Shown: one piece after another, positions 32,154 to 41,557 of the stretch | Numbering within the stretch: the first letter of the stretch is position 1 | Layout: every line of letters starts with the position of its first letter | NCBI GenBank assembly: GCA_965224085.1 | Contig: CBDCYI010000005.1 | Location: 96,001-160,000, forward strand | DNA from: Candidatus Marinacidobacterales bacterium | Lineage (GTDB): Bacteria > Acidobacteriota > Vicinamibacteria > Marinacidobacterales > SMYC01 | Reading direction: 5' to 3' | DNA length: 64,000 nt | Notes under the pieces: model-generated | What the model saw: the letters and a program-made list of their open reading frames with translations, nothing else | The model's database searches: none | What the model was told of the DNA's origin: nothing | Made by a program: the position numbers and the translations under genes

Positions 32154-32413
32154 ACGTCGACTCTAGTTACGACAAGGAACGTGAAACTGGGGTTGACGCG
32201 AGTTTAATGAATGTCCCGCGAATAGTTTAATGAGTGCGTTCTACCATGCCGACCCGGAACCCCTTCCCCGTCACAATTAAAAACTGTCCCATTTTACTGA
32301 TGCCGACGCATTTGTCGAGAGGAAAAGAGACTTTTTTGAAGGCACGAAAGATTCCAAGGCCTTTAGAGCGAAACGCCGACGGAACAGAGACAACGAGGTA
32401 TGATGAGCGCGCG

Positions 32414-32903
32414 ATGTTCGAGGCGGCCGAGCTCGGCAGCAAGATGAGCAAAGAAGAATACGAGAAAATCGAGCCATCCCTTCGGGTCAGCCTGCTCACG
32501 GTTCAGTACGAGCTTCGCGAAAGCGATTTTCCGTTGATCCTCGTACTCGCGGGAAACGACCGGCTGGGCTGCACCGAGGTGGCGAACCTTCTCCACGAAT
32601 GGATGGACCCTCCTTATATCACGGCGCATTTTTTCGAAGATGCTACCAGGAGGAGAGGGCTGGGATGCTGCGGGCAAAGGCGGGGTGATCCGTCGGCTGA
32701 CGCACGCGATGGACGCCGCACTTTATCGGGTCATTCCCATCGCGTCACCCACCGACGAGGAGCTCGCGCACCATTACCTCTGGCGCTTCTGGCGCAACCT
32801 GCCTAAGAAGGGCCACGTCGCCATCTTTGATCGCAGCTGGTATGGCCGCGTGCTCGTGGAGCGCGTCGAAGGTTTCGCTACCGGGGAGGAGTGGAAGTGC
32901 TGA
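32414..32903 (+). pseudogene. Polyphosphate:AMP phosphotransferase (PPK2 class II) remnant
   Basis: MFEAAELG...LHEWMDP joined out of frame to second-domain EGWDAAGKGGVIRR...YLWRFW...FDRSWYGRVLVERVEG, then an early stop. Confidence 0.85.
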
Positions 32904-32938
32904 AGGCCGTCTGCCGCGCTTTGAAGACGATCCTGTGG

Positions 32939-33772
32939 TCAAAAAGTAACCCCGAAAGGCCCTCTCAAGGCGAAGGCGAAGACCATTGAGAGCACGAAAT
33001 AAATAATCATCCAGTGGATCTCGAGGCCGAAGACGCCCACGTTCACGTTTGCGTCCGGATAGGTAACGGTGATGGATTCTATCGGCCCGTCTCCGGGAAG
33101 CGCTGCTTCGGCCGGATAGAGCAGCTCGTCGACGAAGCCACGCACGCGCGTCGGCGAGCGGCGGCCGATGTTGTCCATGACGCGCACGGTCTTCGTCGCG
33201 GCAGCGGTTCCGTTTCGGATCTCGAGCTCGTAATCGCCGGGCGCTTCGGCCGTGAGTCTCCAGGCCATTTCTCCGAGCGTAGGTATCCAGACCGCGGGCT
33301 CGCGCAGACTCAAGCCGTCCGGCAAGTCTACTTCGAAAGCGGGCTTCACGCGTTCGCTGTAGGCGCCGGATTCCAGCTGCACTTTGAGCAGCACGTCTTT
33401 GCCGACCTCGAGACCTTCATAGCCGTAGTGGAACTGGAGCTGCGCGATGATGAGGATGAGCGGTGGGAGGGTCCACACCATCGGAGCCAAGGAATAACGC
33501 ATATAGGTCAAGTTGTGCCGGAGGATGTCGCGCTGTGCCCGCATGATGGCTCGAAAATCGTCGTTGAACAGGCGAATTTCGAAAAGACCCGCGTGAATGT
33601 GCTGCTTCACGTTCTCGAGGGCCTTTCGGTTCGATGTGTGCTTAAAGACGATGAGAAGTCCGATCGCGGTCAGGAGCGAGACGACGGTGATACCCACCAT
33701 CGCGGGCAAATCGCGAAACGGATAAAGAAGCGCGTCGAAGAGAGGGCGCATGAGCGCGTTGATGAATGACAT
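32939..33772 (-). CDS. Three-TM membrane protein resembling EMC3/TMCO1/DUF106 (Oxa1 superfamily)
   Basis: Amphipathic N-helix, TM1, charged helical hairpin, TM2, about 130-aa beta-rich exo domain, TM3 WMIIYFVLSMVFAFALR. The family call is inference. Confidence 0.7.
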   Translation of the reverse strand: MSFINALMRPLFDALLYPFRDLPAMVGITVVSLLTAIGLLIVFKHTSNRKALENVKQHIHAGLFEIRLFNDDFRAIMRAQRDILRHNLTYMRYSLAPMVWTLPPLILIIAQLQFHYGYEGLEVGKDVLLKVQLESGAYSERVKPAFEVDLPDGLSLREPAVWIPTLGEMAWRLTAEAPGDYELEIRNGTAAATKTVRVMDNIGRRSPTRVRGFVDELLYPAEAALPGDGPIESITVTYPDANVNVGVFGLEIHWMIIYFVLSMVFAFALRGPFGVTF

Positions 33773-33778
33773 GGGCGG

Positions 33779-33970
33779 CTAGGAAATGTAGCCCAGTCCT
33801 TTCAACCGTTTCTTGATTTCTTCTTCGTCGCCAGCATCTTCGAGCTTGGCGAGCTCTTTTTCGAGCGCGTGGGAGATGAACTCGGCCGGCGAGGAATAGC
33901 CCGCGATGTCGGAATATTTCTTCACCCGGGCGAGAAGGTCTTTGTCTAGTTTGATCTTTGATCCAAACAT
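33779..33970 (-). CDS. Ribbon-helix-helix (CopG-like) small protein with LxxLGY tail
   Basis: KIKLDKDLLARVK...GYSSPAEFISHALEKEL, ends EEEIKKRLKGLGYIS; RBS GAGG; tight operon spacing. Confidence 0.8.
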   Translation of the reverse strand: MFGSKIKLDKDLLARVKKYSDIAGYSSPAEFISHALEKELAKLEDAGDEEEIKKRLKGLGYIS

Positions 33971-33979
33971 TTTTGCCTC

Positions 33980-35932
33980 TTATTCGTCGGTATTCTTGGT
34001 ATTGATAGGCTCGTCGATCCCGAACTCGGCGAGGATGGCCGCCGCGAGGTCTTTTAATCTCGGCGCGCTCTTCTCGAGCACGCGGCTCGTCAACAGAATT
34101 CCTGGCACCGTCTCGTGATCCATCAAGTGACTGCCGCTCCAATCGTCGGTGTTGTCGGTAATGATTTCTTTGCCGACCGAACCCAAAGCCGTTCGTCCCG
34201 ACGAGCGCGTGCCTTTCGCATAGCCGACAATAATGTCGGGCCCGATCTCGATCTCCCCTCGATCCTTGTAATACTCGTCGCGCTTGTACACTTTCGTCAC
34301 CGCGTTCGTCTCGGTCACGGGATCGATCTCTGCGAGCAGGTCGTCGCAAATTCCGTCGATGAGCGCCTTTCGCTCGCCGTCCGGCACGATGCCGTGTTTC
34401 TCACGCCCGCGCAGGTTGATGTAGAGGCCGTTGATCCCGAGTGCGTAGGCCTGCGTCTGGGTCCAGTCGACGTTAACGAACAAGCCTGGATCGTTTTCCA
34501 TGTCCGGATTCTTGACGGTGAGATAGCCTTTCTCTTTCAGCCAGGCATTGAGATGGAACGACCGGCGCCACGATGTGAAGCCATGATCAGACATGACGAT
34601 GAGCGTCGTATCCTCGTCCATGTTCTCGAGTGTGTAGCCGACCATGTCGTCGAGGCCAACGTAGAGAGACTCGATGAGGTTGGCGTATAGGGGATCGACT
34701 TCGGGGTCATAAGCGGGATGCTCGGGATCGAGCGTCTTCCACATCACGTGGCTTATCTGGTCGACGTTGCCGGTGTAGTAGAAGAGCAGCCCCTCGTCGA
34801 ACTGCCCGAGCACATAGGCATACTGCTCCTGAATCTCCCGACCTGCAATCTCGGCTTGCGCGAGAAACTCGTCCACAGCGAGAACACCTTGTTCGACTAC
34901 TTTGGTGTCCTCGGGCATACCCTGCGTGTAGAAACGCCCTGTCGCGGCCGCGACCTCGGCGGCGTAGTCGTCAGGCGTCGAGATGGGAGCAGCAGGTGCC
35001 ATGGGGTCGAAGTTCACCGGCGACGCGTAGAGCTCGAAATCGGGCCGGACGGAGCGCAAGTAAAAGCGTGCCATTCCCGTGAGGCTCTGGGTCGGGATCA
35101 TGGGGAAGTCGACGGGGACCCAGTCGCTGAACTCGCCCTCTTCGAGGATGAGCTCCTGATCGCCAGCGACGATCTTGACTGCAGGGTCGATCGGATCGAG
35201 ATAGACGGTGAACTCCGAAGTGAGCTTCTCCTGCTCGACGAGGAACGGGTTGTCCGGGCCGTAGAGCTTCGCCTCTACCAGATCGTCGAAGATGTCGACT
35301 TCATAAACCTCGCCGCCCGTGATGTCCTCACCGGCAAAAGCGAAGAGCTTCGACGTGTAGAACGAAAACTCGCCAGAGCTGCCGGTGATGTCCGTCGTTC
35401 CCATTCCAGAGAGCTCAAAGGAAGCGGTTCCGGAAGGAGGAAAATTAGCGGGCATGCGCAGGATGGTCGTCTCGAAGCCGTGGTTCTCGAGAACCTCCCA
35501 GAACGCGCGTCCTTTTCGCAAGAGCTCGACGGTGCCGCCCGAGAGGGGGAACTGGTACTTCCCAACGGTCAGCGTGCTTCCCGCGTCGCTCGCTCGGCTC
35601 GTCGACATATAGGGGATCATCGTTTCCTTGTCGCGGTGCAAGAAGTCGTAGATGCCGTGTCCCCCGGAGTCGAGCCCCGTCATGAAATCGGACCAGGCGA
35701 CCGGGCTTTGCGGTGGCACCGATGTCTCGAGCGGCCCGAAGCTCCCGCCTTTGGCTACCTTCGAAAAATTGGGCAAGCGGCCTTCCTCCATAAGTTTCTT
35801 GGTGAGGGCGTAGTCCATGCCGTCGAAGCCGAGCACGATGACTTTCGGCCCGGCGGCTGTGGCGTCTGGGCCGCTCTGGCAACCTGCGGTCGCCGCGGCG
35901 GTCAAGAGGACGAGAACGAATTGCTTCATCAT
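33980..35932 (-). CDS. Alkaline phosphatase superfamily (NPP/phosphodiesterase-like) lipoprotein
   Basis: Lipobox TAGC; GFDG, PPQSPVAW, DQISH, SDHGF, WSGSH; ATGA overlap with the upstream paralog. Confidence 0.9.
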   Translation of the reverse strand: MMKQFVLVLLTAAATAGCQSGPDATAAGPKVIVLGFDGMDYALTKKLMEEGRLPNFSKVAKGGSFGPLETSVPPQSPVAWSDFMTGLDSGGHGIYDFLHRDKETMIPYMSTSRASDAGSTLTVGKYQFPLSGGTVELLRKGRAFWEVLENHGFETTILRMPANFPPSGTASFELSGMGTTDITGSSGEFSFYTSKLFAFAGEDITGGEVYEVDIFDDLVEAKLYGPDNPFLVEQEKLTSEFTVYLDPIDPAVKIVAGDQELILEEGEFSDWVPVDFPMIPTQSLTGMARFYLRSVRPDFELYASPVNFDPMAPAAPISTPDDYAAEVAAATGRFYTQGMPEDTKVVEQGVLAVDEFLAQAEIAGREIQEQYAYVLGQFDEGLLFYYTGNVDQISHVMWKTLDPEHPAYDPEVDPLYANLIESLYVGLDDMVGYTLENMDEDTTLIVMSDHGFTSWRRSFHLNAWLKEKGYLTVKNPDMENDPGLFVNVDWTQTQAYALGINGLYINLRGREKHGIVPDGERKALIDGICDDLLAEIDPVTETNAVTKVYKRDEYYKDRGEIEIGPDIIVGYAKGTRSSGRTALGSVGKEIITDNTDDWSGSHLMDHETVPGILLTSRVLEKSAPRLKDLAAAILAEFGIDEPINTKNTDE

Positions 35933-38112
35933 GCTTTTCCGCCTTTGCCAAACGTCCCTTCCGAGTAAAGAGGTGCTCCCTCCATGTGTTGGGGTGGCTC
36001 CAGCCCGAACATCTTGAGAGCGCTGGGGGCGATGTCCAGAAGCGTCGGCTCGTCTTTGTCGATCTTGTGATTGCTGAAGAAAACGCCGGGCACGAGCCTG
36101 GGGTCGACGCAATGATCGCCGCTCCAGGCTTTGACGTTGTCTTCGAAGACGGGCCCCGCGACCATTCCGGTGGCGCAGTCCCAAGAGATACGATAGCCGT
36201 CGTTGTAGCCGATGATGAGGTCGGGCGCGTTATCCGAATAAGGCCCTTCATAGATCACTTTGGTGTCGAAGACTTCGCGGATGCCGACCACACCGCGCTC
36301 CTCGTCTTTGATCCCGCCGAGTCTTGCGATGATCGCGTTCTTTACGGCTTTTTCCTCCTCGCCGGGCTCGACGATGCCCTGAGCTTCACGCCCCTTCATG
36401 TTGAGAAACATGCCGGTGAGACCGAGCGAGTAGGCTTCGGTGCGCGACCAGTCGACGTCCTGCAGCCATTCGGCTTCGCCGGTGGCGCCTTCTTTCAGCG
36501 TGAGAAAGCCTTCCTTTTGCAGCCAACGGTTCAAATTGACGCCGCGCTGGAAGGAGTTGAATCCGTGATCGGAGAGAACGATGAGCGCATCGTTTTTAGA
36601 GAGACGCTCCATGACTTTGCCGACGAGCACATCGTTGTGTTTGTAGATTTCCTCGATAGCGTTTCTGTGCTCGGCCTTTTCGATGTTAGCGCCTTTATTA
36701 GCCGGGTGGTCTTTTTCAAGATAGTGCCAGAACATGTGCTGGATACGATCCGTGGCGTCGAAGACGCAAACGAGCGAGCCTCGGCGCAAGCGGTCGAGCG
36801 CGGCGAAGAACATGTCTTGCCGCTCGCGATCGATGTCGTAGGTCTGCGTCAGAAACGTCCCGTCGTCGGTAACGCCCTCGTTCAGAGCCCACGTATCCTC
36901 TGCGAGGCCGAGCGTACAGAAGTGGCCGACCATCTTCGAAAGATAAGTCGAATAGTATGACGGATGCGAGATCGGCATTGCCGGCTTTTCGGGGTCGATG
37001 TTGATGGGCGTGACGTAGAGGGAGAAGTGGTCCTCCACTTCCGTCACCATCATGCGGCAGATCCCGGAGACTTTGATCGTGGGCGCTGCTTTGAACGAAA
37101 GCGGGATCCAGTCCGAGAGCTTCATCGGCTCGAGCTCGACCGTCTCGCCGTCCACCGTCAGCTTGGTCGTCTTCTTGGCCCGGTCGATATCGATGACGAG
37201 CGGGACTTCGAGCGGGGGGGAGCCCTCGAGGAACATATTCTCCGGGCCTTGGAGCGTCGTTTCCATCCGGGTCCCGTTCTTTTCGAGCTGGAAGCGCAAG
37301 CCGCCTTCCTTGAACTTCTTTTCCGCGGGCCGCGTCGTGTAGATTTCCGCGGGCCGCGTCGTGTAGAGAAGAAACGTGCCCTGAGTGCCGAGAAGATCGG
37401 GAACGCACATTGCGGAGAGCTGCGCGCCGTAGAACTTGTCCGGCGGAAACGTGATGGGGACGCGCAGCACCGTGCTCCAGATTTGGTGCTCTCCCAGAAT
37501 CGACCAAAACGGCTTCGATTTCCGGAGGAGCCGCACCTCGGGCTTGTGTAACGGAATTCTGTAGGGGCCGATCTTGAGCGATTTTTCGACGCTCCCGATA
37601 TGGGTCGACGAAAGGAGCGGCAAGTAGTTCCGTTTGTCCCGGTCGAGAAAGTCGAAAATGTTGTGCCGCGCCGGGTTCGTCCCTGTAGCGAAAGAGGACC
37701 AGGCGACCGGCGAGATCGAAGGGTAGGTCGTTCCGATTTTCGCGTAACAACCCGCCTCGGCGAGCTTCTTCATGTTAGGAAGAAGCCCCTTCTTCATGAA
37801 TTTGTCGGTCAGTTTTGGGTCTTGTCCGTCGAAGCCAACAATAATCAGGCGCTTCACCCAGGGTTTGGCTTGGGTTTTTCGGCGAAGAAAGCGCCACGTC
37901 ATCCGGAAAGGCCAGATGAGAAGCGAGAGAAGTGCTATGACGATGGTCGTAAAGACGACGAGAAAGGACGACACGAGCGCAAAGCCGGCGCCTGGGCCGA
38001 TATAGGCGTCTGCGGGCGCGGGGAGGAACAAAAGTGTCGCGACGAGCGCAGCAAGTGCCGCGGGACCCGCCGAAAACCAAGGTCGATTTCTCTCAGATTT
38101 GCGTCCAAGCAT
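35929..38112 (-). CDS. Alkaline phosphatase superfamily (NPP/phosphodiesterase-like) membrane-anchored protein
   Basis: Signal peptide ADA-YIGPGAG plus TM; GFDG, PSISPVAW, DRIQH, SDHGF, WSGDH. Confidence 0.9.
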   Translation of the reverse strand: MLGRKSERNRPWFSAGPAALAALVATLLFLPAPADAYIGPGAGFALVSSFLVVFTTIVIALLSLLIWPFRMTWRFLRRKTQAKPWVKRLIIVGFDGQDPKLTDKFMKKGLLPNMKKLAEAGCYAKIGTTYPSISPVAWSSFATGTNPARHNIFDFLDRDKRNYLPLLSSTHIGSVEKSLKIGPYRIPLHKPEVRLLRKSKPFWSILGEHQIWSTVLRVPITFPPDKFYGAQLSAMCVPDLLGTQGTFLLYTTRPAEIYTTRPAEKKFKEGGLRFQLEKNGTRMETTLQGPENMFLEGSPPLEVPLVIDIDRAKKTTKLTVDGETVELEPMKLSDWIPLSFKAAPTIKVSGICRMMVTEVEDHFSLYVTPINIDPEKPAMPISHPSYYSTYLSKMVGHFCTLGLAEDTWALNEGVTDDGTFLTQTYDIDRERQDMFFAALDRLRRGSLVCVFDATDRIQHMFWHYLEKDHPANKGANIEKAEHRNAIEEIYKHNDVLVGKVMERLSKNDALIVLSDHGFNSFQRGVNLNRWLQKEGFLTLKEGATGEAEWLQDVDWSRTEAYSLGLTGMFLNMKGREAQGIVEPGEEEKAVKNAIIARLGGIKDEERGVVGIREVFDTKVIYEGPYSDNAPDLIIGYNDGYRISWDCATGMVAGPVFEDNVKAWSGDHCVDPRLVPGVFFSNHKIDKDEPTLLDIAPSALKMFGLEPPQHMEGAPLYSEGTFGKGGKA
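37320..37367. repeat. Perfect 24-bp tandem duplication (YTTRPAE x2)
   Basis: TTTCCGCGGGCCGCGTCGTGTAGA twice, in frame. Confidence 0.95.
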
Positions 38113-38158
38113 AACCAAGCAGTCTACCGCAAAATCCGACCTGGATGTTATAGGATCG

Positions 38159-38830
38159 ATGGCCGTCATGAAGAGACTCTATCGAAGAATCCGCTACGGC
38201 GAGCCCATCATCATCGTCTCGGGGCTTCCTCGCTCGGGAACGTCCATGACCATGCAAATGCTAGCGGCGGCAGGCGTTTCGGTCGTCACCGACGGCGTGC
38301 GCAAGGCCGGTGAGGACAACCCCAAGGGCTATTACGAAGACGAGCGGGTGAAAGACCTTCTCAAAGATAACGAGGACAGGGCGTGGGTCCAAGACGCCCG
38401 CGGTAAAGCGATCAAGATCATCTCGTTCCTGTTGAAAGACTTGCCGGAGACCAACAACTACAAAGTGATCTTCATGCGGCGAGATCTTTCTGAAGTCCTC
38501 GCCTCCCAGCAGAAAATGCTGGACCGGCGCGGCGAGGACAACGACACGGATGACGAGCGGATGCTCGAGCTCTGGAAAGACCATTTGTGGAAGGTGAACT
38601 ATCTGATGACGCACGCGGACCCGTTCGAGTTCCTGAACGTGCCCTACCGGGACGTTGTCGCGAAACCCCTCGAGCAGGCTCGCCGCATCAAGGAATTCCT
38701 CGGCCTTTCCGTCGACCCCGAGCAGATGGCGAGTGCTGTCGACGAAAAACTCTATAGAAACCGCTCCAAAGCTCGACACTCGAAAGTGGTGTGCGCGGAT
38801 CTTCGCACTTCTGGGACGTCGCGCCCGTGA
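38159..38830 (+). CDS. PAPS-dependent sulfotransferase family protein
   Basis: 5'-PSB loop IVSGLPRSGTS, NPKGYYE, 3'-PB FMRRDLSEVLAS, LYRNR. Confidence 0.88.
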   Translation: MAVMKRLYRRIRYGEPIIIVSGLPRSGTSMTMQMLAAAGVSVVTDGVRKAGEDNPKGYYEDERVKDLLKDNEDRAWVQDARGKAIKIISFLLKDLPETNNYKVIFMRRDLSEVLASQQKMLDRRGEDNDTDDERMLELWKDHLWKVNYLMTHADPFEFLNVPYRDVVAKPLEQARRIKEFLGLSVDPEQMASAVDEKLYRNRSKARHSKVVCADLRTSGTSRP

Positions 38831-39014
38831 TCTAGATCATGTCTGGATAACGTCGCTGCTGTCATCATCGATGACAGTATTCCTGTAGACATCAAGACGC
38901 CACCGAATCGGGCCATTTCGAGATGATCGATCCTTCCACCTCGACGTGGCCGCTCGTACGCGACGCCGCGCGCGACCTCGTCAAAGATCAATAGTAAGAA
39001 AAACGTAACGCCTA

Positions 39015-39812
39015 CTAGTTTTGATCTCGATAAGCGCGGCCGTGGCGCTCGATCGCGGCTTTGACGTCTTTTTCAAAGTGCTGTGGATGGGCGACGAGCC
39101 CGCTCAGCAGCGGATCCCGTCGATTGAATAGGCGAGGCGTGCCGTTTGGCTCGTAGACCTGCCCGCCCGCGGCGAGCACAAGAGCAACCCCCGCGGCCAC
39201 GTCCCACTCGTTCTTGGGAACGAGTGTCCACATCGCGTCGGCGCGTCCCGCCGCAACGAGTGCGAGCTTGTAAGCGACGGAACCCATCGGTTTCACATCG
39301 AAAGCAGCATCCTCGAGGATGTCCCACTCGCCGCGCTTCGATTCGCTGCGGCTTCCGAGCACCACCCCGCCAGCGAGCGCCTCGCGGGTGCTCATCGCAG
39401 CCTGCTCGCCGTTTCTCGACACACCGATGTCGCGGCCCCCAACGATTTTCTCCCCGGATTGCGGGTTCAAGATGCCGCCCGCGACGGGCACACCGTCCTC
39501 GACATAGCCGATGGACACGCACCATTCGGGGATGCCGAGGACGAACTCCTTCGTGCCGTCGAGCGGGTCGACAACCCAGACTCGCTCGGCGGCCAAGCGG
39601 ACCAGATCGTCGGTCGTTTCCTCCGAGAGCCAGCCTTCGCCCTCGCGCGGCAGAAGCTCGTGGAGCACGTCGTTAACGGCGTTGTCCGCCGCGGTGACCG
39701 GATCGCCGCCAGCTTTTTTTTCCGCTTCGACTTCGCCGGGTGTGAAGGCCGCCAGCACTTTCTCCGCGGCCAGCAGAGCTTCGCAGATGCGCTCGATAGG
39801 CGTCGTGCCCAC
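39015..39812 (-). CDS. cysQ: 3'(2'),5'-bisphosphate nucleotidase CysQ
   Basis: PVTAAD, LSEE, VDPLDGTKEF, EWDVAAG; directly downstream of sat. Confidence 0.88.
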   Translation of the reverse strand: MGTTPIERICEALLAAEKVLAAFTPGEVEAEKKAGGDPVTAADNAVNDVLHELLPREGEGWLSEETTDDLVRLAAERVWVVDPLDGTKEFVLGIPEWCVSIGYVEDGVPVAGGILNPQSGEKIVGGRDIGVSRNGEQAAMSTREALAGGVVLGSRSESKRGEWDILEDAAFDVKPMGSVAYKLALVAAGRADAMWTLVPKNEWDVAAGVALVLAAGGQVYEPNGTPRLFNRRDPLLSGLVAHPQHFEKDVKAAIERHGRAYRDQN

Positions 39813-39815
39813 TGC

Positions 39816-41534
39816 CTATGCTCCGATGAACCCGAGGCTCTCGAGGTGCAAGATGATCTCTTGCGCCGCCTCCTCGGGGCTGATATCGGTCGTGTCGATC
39901 GTGAGCGCGGCGTTCTCGGGCACTTGATAAGGATCCGAGATGCCCGTGAACTCTTTGATGATGCCCTGACGCGCCTTCGCGTACATGCCTTTCCGATCGC
40001 GCTTCTCACAGACGTCGAGGGGCGTCGACGTGTGGACAAGAATGTAGCCACCGAGCGGTGCTATCATTGCTTCGACTTCCTTACGCACCGAATCGTAAGG
40101 TGCTATGGGGGCGCAAATCGCGATGCCTCTGTTTTTCGTGATCTCCGAAGCGACATAGCCGATGCGGCGGATGTTGATATCGCGATGCTCTTTCGAGAAG
40201 CCGAGCTCCGAGGACAGGTTCTTGCGTACGATGTCGCCGTCGAGAAGCGTGACCGGCCTTCCGCCCATTTCGAGAAGCTTCACTAGCAGCACGTTCGCGA
40301 CGGTGGATTTCCCCGAGCCCGAGAGGCCGGTAAAGAAAACGGTGAGGCCTTGCTGCTTCCGGGGAGGATGCGTGCGTCTGAGCTCCGTGGCCACGTCTTC
40401 GAACGTGAACCATTCCGGCAAGTCCTTCCCCGTCGCGAGACGCTCCCGCAGCTCCGTTCCAGAGATGCTAGAAACGCGAGCGCCATCGGGCACTTCGTCC
40501 TGCGGCATGTACGCATCTTTATCCTCGAGATAGACCATCATCTTGAACGGCACCATCGCGACGCCAAGCTCTTTTTCGTGCTTTTGCAAAAGCTCCTGCG
40601 CGTCATAGGGGCCGTAAAAGGGCTGGCCGCTCGAATCGCTCCCCGGGCCGGCGTGATCCCGGCCGACGATGAGGTGCGTACATCCGTAGTTCTTCCGGAT
40701 GATCGCGTGCCAGACCGCTTCGCGCGGGCCGCCCATGCGCATCGCGAGAGGCAGAAGCGAAAGGCGCGCGGTGTTGCGTGGATAATGCTCCGAAATCGCT
40801 TGGTAGCAGCGCACGCGCGTGTAGTGGTCCAGATCGCCGGGCTTGGTCATGCCCACGACGGGGTGGATCAGCAAGTTGGCCTCGACCTCTTTCGCCGCTC
40901 TGAGTGTGAGCTCGTGGTGGGCGCGGTGCATGGGGTTTCTCGTTTGGAAGGCGACGATCTTCCTCCAACCGAGCCGCGTGAACTCTTCGCGCAGCCGCTT
41001 GGGCGTGAAGCGAAGCGCGCGAAAGTCGTAGTGGCTCGGAACCTGTAGGCCTTCGAGGCGCCCGCCGACGTAATAGGGGTTGGCTTGGTCGAGCGTGTAA
41101 GCGACCGCGGGATGCTCACGATTCGTCGTTCCGAATACCGACTCGACTTCTTTGTCGCGGTCCGGCTGCCACACTTCTTCGACGTGAAGCACGGCCAGCA
41201 TCACACCTTCCGGATCGCGAAGCGCGAGCTTGGATCCCGAAGAGAGTTTTTTCGCGAGAGTTTCCGGTAGATCCAAGGTGATAGGTATCGGCCACAGGAT
41301 GCCGCTCGCGAGCCGCATGTCGGAGCACACACCGTCATAGTCGGCGCGGCCGAGAAAACCGGTCAACGGTGAGAAGCCGCCATTGAGCAGAAGCTCCAGG
41401 TCGCAAAGCTGACGGGGTGTGAGGTCCCAGGACGGCCAATCCCGAGATTCCGTTTTGATTTCCTCCTGCCGCTCTGGCGTGGCGATGACGTCGACGAGAC
41501 TCCCGCCATGGGGCTCAACTAGATGTGTGGACAT
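39816..41534 (-). CDS. sat: Bifunctional sulfate adenylyltransferase/adenylylsulfate kinase (Sat-CysC)
   Basis: FQTRNPMHRAH, VGRDHAG, FTGLSGSGKST, LLDGD, FTGISDPY; RBS GGAGAAGGA. Confidence 0.96.
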   Translation of the reverse strand: MSTHLVEPHGGSLVDVIATPERQEEIKTESRDWPSWDLTPRQLCDLELLLNGGFSPLTGFLGRADYDGVCSDMRLASGILWPIPITLDLPETLAKKLSSGSKLALRDPEGVMLAVLHVEEVWQPDRDKEVESVFGTTNREHPAVAYTLDQANPYYVGGRLEGLQVPSHYDFRALRFTPKRLREEFTRLGWRKIVAFQTRNPMHRAHHELTLRAAKEVEANLLIHPVVGMTKPGDLDHYTRVRCYQAISEHYPRNTARLSLLPLAMRMGGPREAVWHAIIRKNYGCTHLIVGRDHAGPGSDSSGQPFYGPYDAQELLQKHEKELGVAMVPFKMMVYLEDKDAYMPQDEVPDGARVSSISGTELRERLATGKDLPEWFTFEDVATELRRTHPPRKQQGLTVFFTGLSGSGKSTVANVLLVKLLEMGGRPVTLLDGDIVRKNLSSELGFSKEHRDINIRRIGYVASEITKNRGIAICAPIAPYDSVRKEVEAMIAPLGGYILVHTSTPLDVCEKRDRKGMYAKARQGIIKEFTGISDPYQVPENAALTIDTTDISPEEAAQEIILHLESLGFIGA

Positions 41535-41557
41535 TCCTTCTCCTTGAATTTTCGGGC

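Noticed and set aside
38752-38991. 79-aa minus-strand ORF between the sulfotransferase and cysQ
   Set aside because: No recognisable motif; possibly another remnant, but unsupported.
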